Below are positions 17,187-25,505 of a stretch of 64,000 nt of DNA, one piece after another. The stretch covers positions 2,400,001-2,464,000 of the forward strand of contig OY970325.1 of NCBI GenBank assembly GCA_963717145.1, read 5' to 3'. How positions within the stretch are numbered: the first letter of the stretch is position 1; each line of letters opens with the position of its first letter. A model generated the notes under the pieces. It was given only the letters and a program-made list of their open reading frames with translations, did not search any database and had not been told where the DNA came from. Source of the DNA: an uncultured Armatimonadetes bacterium (GTDB lineage Bacteria > Armatimonadota > UBA5829 > DTJY01). Both the position numbers and the translations under genes were made by a program.

Positions 17187-19559
17187 CTACGGCCAGGCTT
17201 CGTCCTCGCCGGCCAGTTCCTCGATGCGCGCCTCCCGCGAATAGACTCGTACCCGTGTCTGATCGGAGGCCGGGACCGTCACCTCGCCCACCATCCCGAG
17301 CTTCGAATGTCGCACCGTGAGCGTCTGATCCCGCATCGACGGGTTCACGAGCGTAAGCACCAGGTCGTCGTCCACCTCCTCGGTCGACTCGATCCATGAG
17401 CTGTCGAACACGTAGACCTCGCGGCTGTCCGCATCTATGACGATGTCACCGAACCCGTGGGTATACATGTCCGCGTAGAGTATCAGCCCGGCGCACCACG
17501 AATGTGCGAGCTGGAGCATCGAGCCCTTCGCGTGCGTCCAGTCGGTGTGGAACCACTGCTCCGTGATCATTCCCTTCCGCGCGTTGAAATCGCCGTCCGA
17601 GCGCGCGATGAACTGGTGGAAGCAAGCGAGATGATCCGCCGCGCGGCTGAGATAGTATGTGTCGCCCGTGTACTGCCACAAGCGGAGAAGCTCCGGGTGG
17701 CAGATCAGCCCGTAGTTGTGCAGGTGATTGTTCGATGGAGACGCAATGTCGGCGCCGAGCGTGCGGAAGTCGTACTTCCCGAGGATCGTGTCGTCCGCGA
17801 ACTGGGTGTTGTAGGTCCAGCGGAACGTCGCCACAAGGTCCGCCGCGTACTGCGCGAGTTCGAGCCACTTCTCATCCTGAGTCGCCTCGTAGAGATGAAC
17901 GCAGGCGATCAGCGCATTGTACGCGTCCTCAGAAGTCGGTGTGAGGTGGACATCCTCCGGTGCGCCATAGATGTACTCGTCCTCGATGAACCGCTTGTAG
18001 TACTCTCCCGCCTTGATCGCCGCGTCCCGATACGCGGTGTTGCCGGAATACTTCGCGCCCGCCAGGAGCGCCGGGATCCACATGATGCCGCCCGCGCCGT
18101 CCCATTCCTCGCACTGCCCGCTGTTGATGTTGTAGTACGAGCCGAAGTTCCCATCCTCGCGCTGGACCTTCAGGGCGAACTCGAGGTTCTTCTTCGCCGC
18201 CTCGGCCCAGTTGGGATGTGCCGCCGCTCCACCACCCTGTAGGGGCGTGCCTTGTGCCGCCTGAGACACCTCTGCGGGCGGCACAAGGCGCGCCCCTACA
18301 GGTGTCCCCTTCGCATATTCGAGCGCCTGGAAGTAGAACCAAGTCGCCTCGCTGACCGTCCGCGCCTGAATCCACTCCGGCTTGGGGTTCCAGCCGGTGC
18401 CCCAGCCGTTCTCCTGCGTCCACTCCGGATAGAAGAGCCCGCACGGAGAGATCCCCTCGTCCGCGATCTTGTTGAGCACCATCAATCCGGCTTCCGTGTA
18501 ATCTGTGTTCTGTACCCTCTCCCCGTACTTCCAGAGCGCGAAGGCATACGGAGCGCCGCTCACCCACGCGACGTGCATATGCGGGCGATCGACCTGCCCG
18601 GCCCCCTTGCCGAAGTACTTGTCGAACGCGCAGGTCTCGTAGAGCGCCTTCTGCTCCGGGTCATAGTGCCAGCGATGGAGTCCGTACGCCAGAAGCTCCT
18701 CGGCCTCCTCCATCGACACCCACGGGTTCGTCTCGTCCTCGGATGCATTGTAGATGTCGCGGATCAGGCCGTCGTACGCGTGGATGTCGCGCTCGTCGAC
18801 CATCGTGCTGAACGCGATCTGGACCGCTTCCCTGGGCATGACCGTCACGTCGAGGGCCTCGGGCGCGTTGGCATCCTCGCGGATAAAGCTGTATTTGACG
18901 GGCTCCTCCACGTAGGGGTAGTTGAGCATCAGGAACGTGCCGCTCGAATCGCCCCGGAATCCGACGCCGCTGTCGCCGTGGCTGAAGGGTTCGCGCGTCG
19001 CCAGACAAGTGGTCAGGTTGTCCGTCCAGCAGAAGACCGACGGGCAGGACGAGCGATCGGACCGGAACGCCCAGTAGTTCGAGACGAACTCATTGGGGTT
19101 GCCGCCCTCGAATGCGTATCGAGGATAACGTCGGACGCAACTCTCCGGGCGATTGTGCTTGTAGAACATCGCCGGCACCATCCACCTCGGGACGCCGGAA
19201 TCCGGCACGCGGAAGGCGATATGGAATCCGCACTCGATCGGATCCTCGCCGAGGTACGCGATCTGGATGCGCCATTCGAGCCGCTCGGCCATGTCTCCAG
19301 CGGGAACGATCCGCCCCTGGATCTGCCAGTCGTCCATCCCGGGGAACTCGCCGGTGAACTCCGCCATATCACCGGCGGACGCGCGCTTAATCGCCGCAGG
19401 TACCCGCTGGTCGCCGATGCGGATTGAGAGGAAGCTCTCCCCGCGCAACGCCGGGACCTCGCCCGTCTCGCGCTGATGGTAAATATTCGGGATGAGGGAA
19501 TCGCCCGGACCGGACTCGAAAGCAAGCTTGGTGTTACCGTGGATGAGGGTGGAATCCAT
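17187..19559 (-). CDS. Large uncharacterised protein, probable (alpha/alpha)-toroid glycoside hydrolase/epimerase-like fold
   Basis: AGGAGG RBS; repeated helical hairpin motifs (QREDGNF, YEATQDEKWLELA, YTGDTYYL); Trp/Tyr rich. Confidence 0.7.
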   Translation of the reverse strand: MDSTLIHGNTKLAFESGPGDSLIPNIYHQRETGEVPALRGESFLSIRIGDQRVPAAIKRASAGDMAEFTGEFPGMDDWQIQGRIVPAGDMAERLEWRIQIAYLGEDPIECGFHIAFRVPDSGVPRWMVPAMFYKHNRPESCVRRYPRYAFEGGNPNEFVSNYWAFRSDRSSCPSVFCWTDNLTTCLATREPFSHGDSGVGFRGDSSGTFLMLNYPYVEEPVKYSFIREDANAPEALDVTVMPREAVQIAFSTMVDERDIHAYDGLIRDIYNASEDETNPWVSMEEAEELLAYGLHRWHYDPEQKALYETCAFDKYFGKGAGQVDRPHMHVAWVSGAPYAFALWKYGERVQNTDYTEAGLMVLNKIADEGISPCGLFYPEWTQENGWGTGWNPKPEWIQARTVSEATWFYFQALEYAKGTPVGARLVPPAEVSQAAQGTPLQGGGAAAHPNWAEAAKKNLEFALKVQREDGNFGSYYNINSGQCEEWDGAGGIMWIPALLAGAKYSGNTAYRDAAIKAGEYYKRFIEDEYIYGAPEDVHLTPTSEDAYNALIACVHLYEATQDEKWLELAQYAADLVATFRWTYNTQFADDTILGKYDFRTLGADIASPSNNHLHNYGLICHPELLRLWQYTGDTYYLSRAADHLACFHQFIARSDGDFNARKGMITEQWFHTDWTHAKGSMLQLAHSWCAGLILYADMYTHGFGDIVIDADSREVYVFDSSWIESTEEVDDDLVLTLVNPSMRDQTLTVRHSKLGMVGEVTVPASDQTRVRVYSREARIEELAGEDEAWP
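18238..18300. repeat. GTAG-type REP doublet inserted in frame within a CDS (63 bp)
   Basis: tgtaggggcgtgccttgtgccgcc...gggcggcacaaggcgcgcccctaca. Confidence 0.85.
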
Positions 19560-19584
19560 GAAAAGGCCTCCTTGCTGCTTGAGG

Positions 19585-19613
19585 ATTATACCGCCGGGAG
19601 TACCCTCTGTCAA
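19585..19613 (-). promoter_or_regulatory. Consensus sigma70 promoter
   Basis: TTGACA-N17-TATAAT, perfect match. Confidence 0.85.
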
Positions 19614-19634
19614 ACCAGCCCGTCACGTCCGGCC

Positions 19635-19663
19635 TTGCGGTGGGATTGCCGGTGGAGTACAAT
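19635..19663 (+). promoter_or_regulatory. Divergent sigma70-type promoter for the kdpD-like gene
   Basis: TTGCGG-N17-TACAAT. Confidence 0.5.
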
Positions 19664-19679
19664 GTGGCGGGGGGACGCT

Positions 19680-21321
19680 ATGAATGCGGTCAGGGCATGG
19701 ATCGAGCGACATGGGTATCCGTTCGCGGTGGTGTGCATCGCGGCGGCGACGACGATCTTCTACCCCGGTCGCGCCTACTTCGCGAAGGGGCAGTGGGCTC
19801 TTCTCTATCTGCCGGTGATCGTACTGGTGGCGAGCGCGAGTGGCGTAACACCGGCCCTTGTGGCCGCGATACTCGCGTTCCTGTCGTGGAACTTCTTCTT
19901 CCTACCCCCGTACCACACGTTTATCATCGCAGATCCCAAGGACCTGATCTCGCTCTTCGTCTTCCTGCTCGTCGGGGTCGCGATGGGCCTGCAGACGGGA
20001 CGCATGAGGGCGCGCGAGACCCAGGCGCTGATCGGCGAGCGGGAGGCCACGCTGCTGAACCGATTCAGTTCCCACCTGGTCACGGAGATGAACACCGCCG
20101 GCTTGACGGACATGCTCCTCGGCGAGATCGCCTCCACGATAGGCGCCGATAAGGCGGCCCTCTATCTCTCGGACGACGAAGGGGAGTTCGCCTGCGCAGG
20201 GAAGTCGCCGGCGCTGATCGCCGAACCGGACGAGACGATCGACGATCTGGCGGCATGGGTCTACGAGCGCGCCAAGGCGATCGGTCTGCCTGCCGATAAG
20301 AGCGCGATGGGAGAGGACGCTTGGCCGATATCCGTGAGCCACGACGAGGTGTCACCCGGGATGACCCTCACCCCAACCCTCTCCCTCGAAGGGAGAGGGG
20401 GCGCAGAACTCCCTCTCCCTTCGAGGGAGAGGGTTGGGGTGAGGGTCAACCGGAGGGACATCCTGCTCCCCCTGCAGTCAGCATCGCGCGTGGAGGGAGT
20501 GCTCTACGTCGGCCCGAAGCGGAACGCGGCGCAGTACGATCCCCATGATGCAAGGCTGCTCGTCTCGATTGTGAACCAGGCGGCGGCGTTCCGGGAGCGA
20601 CGGCGGCTTCAACACGTCGCGAGCCGGGCCGAGGCGCTCCACGAGGCGGATCGGCTGAAGTCGGCGTTCCTCTCCTCCATCTCACACGAGTTGAAGACTC
20701 CCCTCGCCTCGGTAACGGCGACAATCACAGGCTTGCTCGAAGAAGACGTGGGCTGGGATACTGAGATGATACGCCAGGAACTCGGCGCTATCAGCGAGGA
20801 CCTGGATCGCCTGAACGACAGCATCAGCGCACTGCTCGATCTCTCCCGGCTGGAATCGGACGCGTGGTCTCCTCAAAGGGAGTGGTACGAGATCGGAGAC
20901 ATAGTCGGCTCGGCGGTCTCGAAGGTGCCTCAAAAGCAGCGGGACCGGATCAGCTTCCTGGTGCCCAGCGATCTTCCACCAATCCATGTCGACTTCCGAC
21001 AATGGGCTCGGGCGCTCCAGAATCTGCTCGAGAATGCGCTGGCCTACAGCGACCCCGACCGAGCCGGTGTTGATCGGAGCATCGGCGGATGACCGAGAGG
21101 TGCGCATCTGGGTCGAAGATCGCGGTCCCGGGATCGCCACGGAGGAGCGGACGAGGATCTTCGAGAAGTTCTACCGTGGCGCGGCCTCCGAGAAGGTGCC
21201 TTCGGGCACGGGTCTCGGGCTGGCGATTGCTCGGGAGATAGTCGACTCGCACGGCGGAAGCATCTTCGTCGAGGATGCCGAGCCGCACGGGTCGCGGTTT
21301 GTGATCGTGCTGCCGGCGTAG
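19680..21321 (+). pseudogene. kdpD: Short KdpD-like sensor histidine kinase (DUF4118 TM-GAF-HisKA-HATPase), frameshifted near 21055 (real or sequencing error)
   Basis: WNFFFLPPYHTF; SISHELKTPL; NLLENALAYS, then DRGPGI...FEKFYR...GTGLGLAI in the next frame. Confidence 0.75.
20362..20448. repeat. Perfect 38-bp-arm palindrome (CCCTCACCCCAACCCTCTCCC-type) in frame within kdpD
   Basis: 87 bp = 29 codons; arms are exact reverse complements around an 11-nt loop. Confidence 0.9.
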
Positions 21322-21455
21322 TGGCCGTGCCTCAGTGCCGGCCCACCACGTGTCGCGACATGGCCGGCACTGAGGCACGGCCACTGCAGTGAGGAACGAT
21401 GGGGATACCCGAGAAACGGCTGAAGACATGGCCGGCACAGAGGCACGGCCACTAC
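21318..21455. repeat. Family C REP doublet plus a duplicated arm (68-bp direct repeat including the kdpE 5' end)
   Basis: tggccggcac at 21361 and 21429. Confidence 0.85.
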
Positions 21456-21466
21456 AGTGAGGAACG

Positions 21467-22165
21467 ATGGGAATACCAGAGAAGCGGCTGAAGATCCTGG
21501 TGATCGACGATGAGGAGCAGATCCGGCGGGCGCTGAAGTCCATCCTCAGCGTACGGCACTACGACGTGATCCTCGCCACAAACGGGGACGAAGGCCTCGA
21601 CCTGGCCATCGACCATACGCCGGACCTGGTGATCCTGGACATATCGATGCCGGGGATGAGCGGGCTGGAGGTCTGCCGGGAATTGCGCGCCTGGTACAAC
21701 GGGCCGATCCTGGTGCTCTCGGTCCGCTCCGATGACGCAGACAAGATAAGCGCCCTCGACCTGGGAGCGGACGACTACCTCACGAAACCGTTCTCGGCGG
21801 GCGAACTGCTGGCTCGGATCCGGGCACTCCTGCGTCGGGCTTCCGGAGTCCCCGCGTCGCCGCCGGTGATATCCGCAGGGGACCTGGAGATCGACATCGC
21901 CACCCGCCGCGTGACCCGGGCGGGAGACGAGATCGAACTGACCCGGACCGAGTTCGACATCCTCGCCTACCTCGCACAGAATGCGGACCGAGTCGTGACC
22001 TCGAAGATGATCCTGGAGCACGTCTGGGGGCCCGAATACGGCGAGGACACCCAGACGCTGCGGGTACACGTCAGCCATCTGCGCAAGAAGATCGAGCCCC
22101 ACTCCGCAGTCCCGAAGTACATCCTCACCGAACCGGGCGTCGGCTTCCGGTTCTCCCTGTCCTGA
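21467..22165 (+). CDS. kdpE: KdpE-like OmpR-family response regulator
   Basis: REC domain (IDDE, LDISMP, LGADDYLTKPF) plus wHTH VWGPEY...LRVHVSHLRKKIE...YILTEPGVGFRF. Confidence 0.85.
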   Translation: MGIPEKRLKILVIDDEEQIRRALKSILSVRHYDVILATNGDEGLDLAIDHTPDLVILDISMPGMSGLEVCRELRAWYNGPILVLSVRSDDADKISALDLGADDYLTKPFSAGELLARIRALLRRASGVPASPPVISAGDLEIDIATRRVTRAGDEIELTRTEFDILAYLAQNADRVVTSKMILEHVWGPEYGEDTQTLRVHVSHLRKKIEPHSAVPKYILTEPGVGFRFSLS

Positions 22166-22332
22166 CAAGTCCACTCAGGAATAACAGCGGACGGGGAATA
22201 CACAGAATCTTAACACTTCCGAAGCTTTCTTCACGGTAAATGAACAGCCCGTCTTGGTAAAATGTTTGTTATGCGCCCGGATGCGGGACACAACCATCGT
22301 TCATCTGTGCAGCAGAGCTGTTGGAGGTTTCT

Positions 22333-24213
22333 GTGCTCAACTGGATCAGGCGATTGCTTATCGGCAGCCCGATACCATCATCGCGCGCCCTGCACGAGCG
22401 GCTGGTAAAGCTACTGGCTCTTCCTGTCTTCGCGTCCGACGCGATCTCTTCTGTGGCATATGCAACCGAGGAGATACTTCTGGCACTCGTCCTCGTCGGC
22501 ACGGCATTGGTGACCGGCACGAACATCTCGATCTACCTCTGCATTGCAATCGTTGTGCTGCTGGTGATCGTGGCGACCTCTTACCGGCAGACGATCTTCT
22601 CGTATCCATCCGGCGGCGGCGCGTACATAGTCGCCAAAGACAATCTCGGCACGATCCCCGGACTCACCGCGGGTTCGGCTCTGATGATCGATTACGTGCT
22701 CACCGTCTCTGTAAGCGTATCGGCGGGAGTCGCCGCGATCCTCTCATTCGTCCCGGACTACCAGCCTTATAGAGTCGCCATCGCCATCGCGGTCGTCGGC
22801 CTCATCGCTCTGGCCAACATGAGAGGCGTTCGAGAATCCGGCATGCTGTTTGCCACGCCGACCTATGCGTTCATCGGGAGCGCCCTGATCCTCATTGGCA
22901 CGGGGATATTCCGCATCATCACACATCCCGAGTTCGCCATTCCCGCGCCTCCTCCCGCGACGATTCCCGAGCCAACGCACGCAGGGGCGACCGGCATTCT
23001 CTTTGCCTTCTTCATCCTGCGGGCCTTCTCCAGTGGGTGTTCCGCCATGACCGGCACTGAGGCCGTGAGCAACGGAATCCCTGCCTTCCGGCCGCCGGAA
23101 TCGAAGAACGCCGCAACCACGCTCGTCTGGATGGCGGTAATCCTCGGCACGCTCTTCCTGGGGATCACCTACATCGCTTGGAAGGTCCACGTCATTCCGA
23201 TGGACCAAAATGCACCCGGATACCAGACTGTTCCATCGCAGATCGCATCGGCGCTCTTCGGCAGGAACTGGTTCTACTACCTGTTCCAGGGCGCAACCGC
23301 CGGGATACTCGTACTTGCGGCGAATACGAGTTTCGCCGACTTCCCGAGGCTCGGCTCAATCATGGCGCGCGATCGATTCCTGCCGAGACAGCTCTACAAT
23401 CTCGGGGACCGACTGGTCTTTTCGAATGGGATAATAGTACTCTCACTGCTGGCGTCGGGGTTGATCTACTTCTTCCACGGCGAGGTCAACGCCCTGATCC
23501 CGCTCTATGCGATCGGTGTGTTTCTGTCATTCACACTATCGCAGGCAGGGATGGTGAAGCACTTCCAGCGCTTCAGGGAACGTGGATGGAAGCGTGGGGC
23601 GATCGTAAGCGGCATCGGGGCGACCGCCACCGCGATTGTCTGTATCGTCCAGGCAGTGACGAAGGCCTCCGAGGGCGCATGGATCGTGCTGATCCTCATC
23701 CCGACGCTGGTATATGTGTTCTCAAGTATCCACAAGCACTACGTCACGCTCGGGAACGAACTACGGCTCACTCCTGAGGATGAGTTCGTGCCGATGGACA
23801 ACACGACTCTCGTACTTACCCCGTCGCTTCACAAGGGCGTTCTCCCCGCGCTCGAGTATGCGAAGACGCAGTCGTCGAGCGTGCGCGCGATCCACGTCGA
23901 AACCGATCCGATGGACACCGAGCTTCTCATCGAACGCTGGGACAAGTGGAGCGGCGGCATCCCGCTCATCATCCTCGAATCGCCGTACCGATCGCTCGTC
24001 GGGCCGCTGATGGAGTACCTGGACGAGGTCAGGGGGGAGAACGGAAATCAGATGGTCACGGTGGTGATCCCCGAGTTTGTGACCGGCAAGTGGTGGCACA
24101 GGGTACTGCACAACCAGTCGGGACTGATGCTCAAGTTTGCGCTGCTCTTCAAGGAAGGCGTCGTCACGACGAACATCCGATACCACGTCGGAAAGAAGCC
24201 GTCACGCAACTAG
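22333..24213 (+). CDS. APC-superfamily permease of KimA/YdaO type (putative K+ transporter)
   Basis: GGAGG plus GTG; FASDAISSVAYATEE, SYRQTI..YPSGGGAY, TGTEAVSNG, C-terminal SPYRSL...LHNQS. Confidence 0.85.
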   Translation: MLNWIRRLLIGSPIPSSRALHERLVKLLALPVFASDAISSVAYATEEILLALVLVGTALVTGTNISIYLCIAIVVLLVIVATSYRQTIFSYPSGGGAYIVAKDNLGTIPGLTAGSALMIDYVLTVSVSVSAGVAAILSFVPDYQPYRVAIAIAVVGLIALANMRGVRESGMLFATPTYAFIGSALILIGTGIFRIITHPEFAIPAPPPATIPEPTHAGATGILFAFFILRAFSSGCSAMTGTEAVSNGIPAFRPPESKNAATTLVWMAVILGTLFLGITYIAWKVHVIPMDQNAPGYQTVPSQIASALFGRNWFYYLFQGATAGILVLAANTSFADFPRLGSIMARDRFLPRQLYNLGDRLVFSNGIIVLSLLASGLIYFFHGEVNALIPLYAIGVFLSFTLSQAGMVKHFQRFRERGWKRGAIVSGIGATATAIVCIVQAVTKASEGAWIVLILIPTLVYVFSSIHKHYVTLGNELRLTPEDEFVPMDNTTLVLTPSLHKGVLPALEYAKTQSSSVRAIHVETDPMDTELLIERWDKWSGGIPLIILESPYRSLVGPLMEYLDEVRGENGNQMVTVVIPEFVTGKWWHRVLHNQSGLMLKFALLFKEGVVTTNIRYHVGKKPSRN

Positions 24214-24254
24214 AGGTCTCAACCGCCCGGCAGTCCCCGACCATGCTGATCGAC

Positions 24255-25352
24255 CTACTTGGCAAGGTGTGTATCACACCGTTTGAGCGCCTGCTGCCTG
24301 TTGTATCCGTCCGGGAGCTTCTCGTAGACCGCGCGGGCTTCCGCGTACTTGCCGTCGTTGTATAACTCGCTGCCGAGGGACGAGATCGCCTTCTGATAGT
24401 AGTACGGCTCGGCCTTGTGCTTCTCCGCATACTCCTGAAGCGTCTTCAGAGAAGCAGCTTTGTCCCCGGTCTTCTTCAGCGCCTCGACCTCCATGTAGCC
24501 GGCCTCCAAAGCGAAGACTCCTCCCCAGGCAGGATCGGAGAGCGCGTGCAGGATGGCGGCCCTCTTGTAGGGCGACGGCTCATCCCAGAGGTAGATGCTA
24601 TCGACAAATAGCTCATACGCGGCCTGCTCCATGTCGTTCCGCGGGGACACGATCTGCAGGACCAGGTCGGGCAATGTGATCTTCCCCTTCCATTCGATCC
24701 GAGTGTTCCCGACGGTGTCCGGATCTTCGCAGCGGTACACCGACTTGAGGATGTATGGCTCCAAAGGGAGTGACCTGCCGTACTGCCAGGTAAGGTCATG
24801 GTAGGCCGTCTGCGACTCACCGGGGCGGAACACGCGCCCGAAGTCCTTCGGCATGCCAGGCATCAGGAACTCGATCCCGCCGGGCATCTCCGCGCCGGAC
24901 TTGCGCACTAGGCCGGACCCTCCGGTCCAATACGCGAGTTCGCCGAGCACGATCTCCTTCTTGGAGGTGTTCGTCAGGGTGAGGATGGCGACGATCGGCT
25001 CGCCGTCCACGAAAACGCTCTTCGCAAGGGATACGCCAAAGCGCACGCCCCTCAGCGTCTTGTGCGCCGAGATGGGCACGTCCTTCGCCGGCGGCATCTT
25101 CGGGATCGTGGGCGGAACAGCCGACTTGGCGCGTTCGGCGAAACTCCCTCCATACGCAGAATCGGAGATGGCGCGCATCATGATCGCGGCCTTGCAGGAC
25201 TCGACGGGCGACCAGTCCCGGACGCGCAGGGCCCTGGCGTAGACCTCGCCCATCGCTTTCTCCTTCGGATCCGATGGCGGGGCATCGGCATCCGGGCGCG
25301 CGACGCCCATGGACAGTATGATGATCGCCAGAAGCGGGAAGAGTCTTCTCAT
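24255..25352 (-). CDS. Secreted hypothetical protein with C-terminal TPR-like helices
   Basis: Signal peptide; beta-rich middle (GEPIVAILTLTN); LGSELYNDGKYAEARAVYEK. Confidence 0.7.
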   Translation of the reverse strand: MRRLFPLLAIIILSMGVARPDADAPPSDPKEKAMGEVYARALRVRDWSPVESCKAAIMMRAISDSAYGGSFAERAKSAVPPTIPKMPPAKDVPISAHKTLRGVRFGVSLAKSVFVDGEPIVAILTLTNTSKKEIVLGELAYWTGGSGLVRKSGAEMPGGIEFLMPGMPKDFGRVFRPGESQTAYHDLTWQYGRSLPLEPYILKSVYRCEDPDTVGNTRIEWKGKITLPDLVLQIVSPRNDMEQAAYELFVDSIYLWDEPSPYKRAAILHALSDPAWGGVFALEAGYMEVEALKKTGDKAASLKTLQEYAEKHKAEPYYYQKAISSLGSELYNDGKYAEARAVYEKLPDGYNRQQALKRCDTHLAK

Positions 25353-25444
25353 GATCGCCTCAGTGTGGGACAGAGTATGCTCCTACTATTCGACGTCTCG
25401 GGCCTGGATTCCGTTACAGTTTCATTTCTTCATCGATCGTCCGC

Positions 25445-25473
25445 TTGACTTTCATCGTTCGCGCGACTATTCT
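25445..25473 (+). promoter_or_regulatory. Sigma70-type promoter
   Basis: TTGACT-N17-TATTCT. Confidence 0.55.
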
Positions 25474-25505
25474 TGTACCGGTACCAACCAAGGAGGATAT
25501 CGGAC

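Noticed and set aside
21050-21065. Programmed ribosomal frameshift in kdpD
   Set aside because: No slippery heptamer; a one-base homopolymer indel explains it and similar indels occur elsewhere.
22166-22332. c-di-AMP (ydaO) riboswitch upstream of the KimA-like gene
   Set aside because: Could not recognise the conserved aptamer motifs or a terminator by eye; an Infernal scan is needed to exclude it fully.
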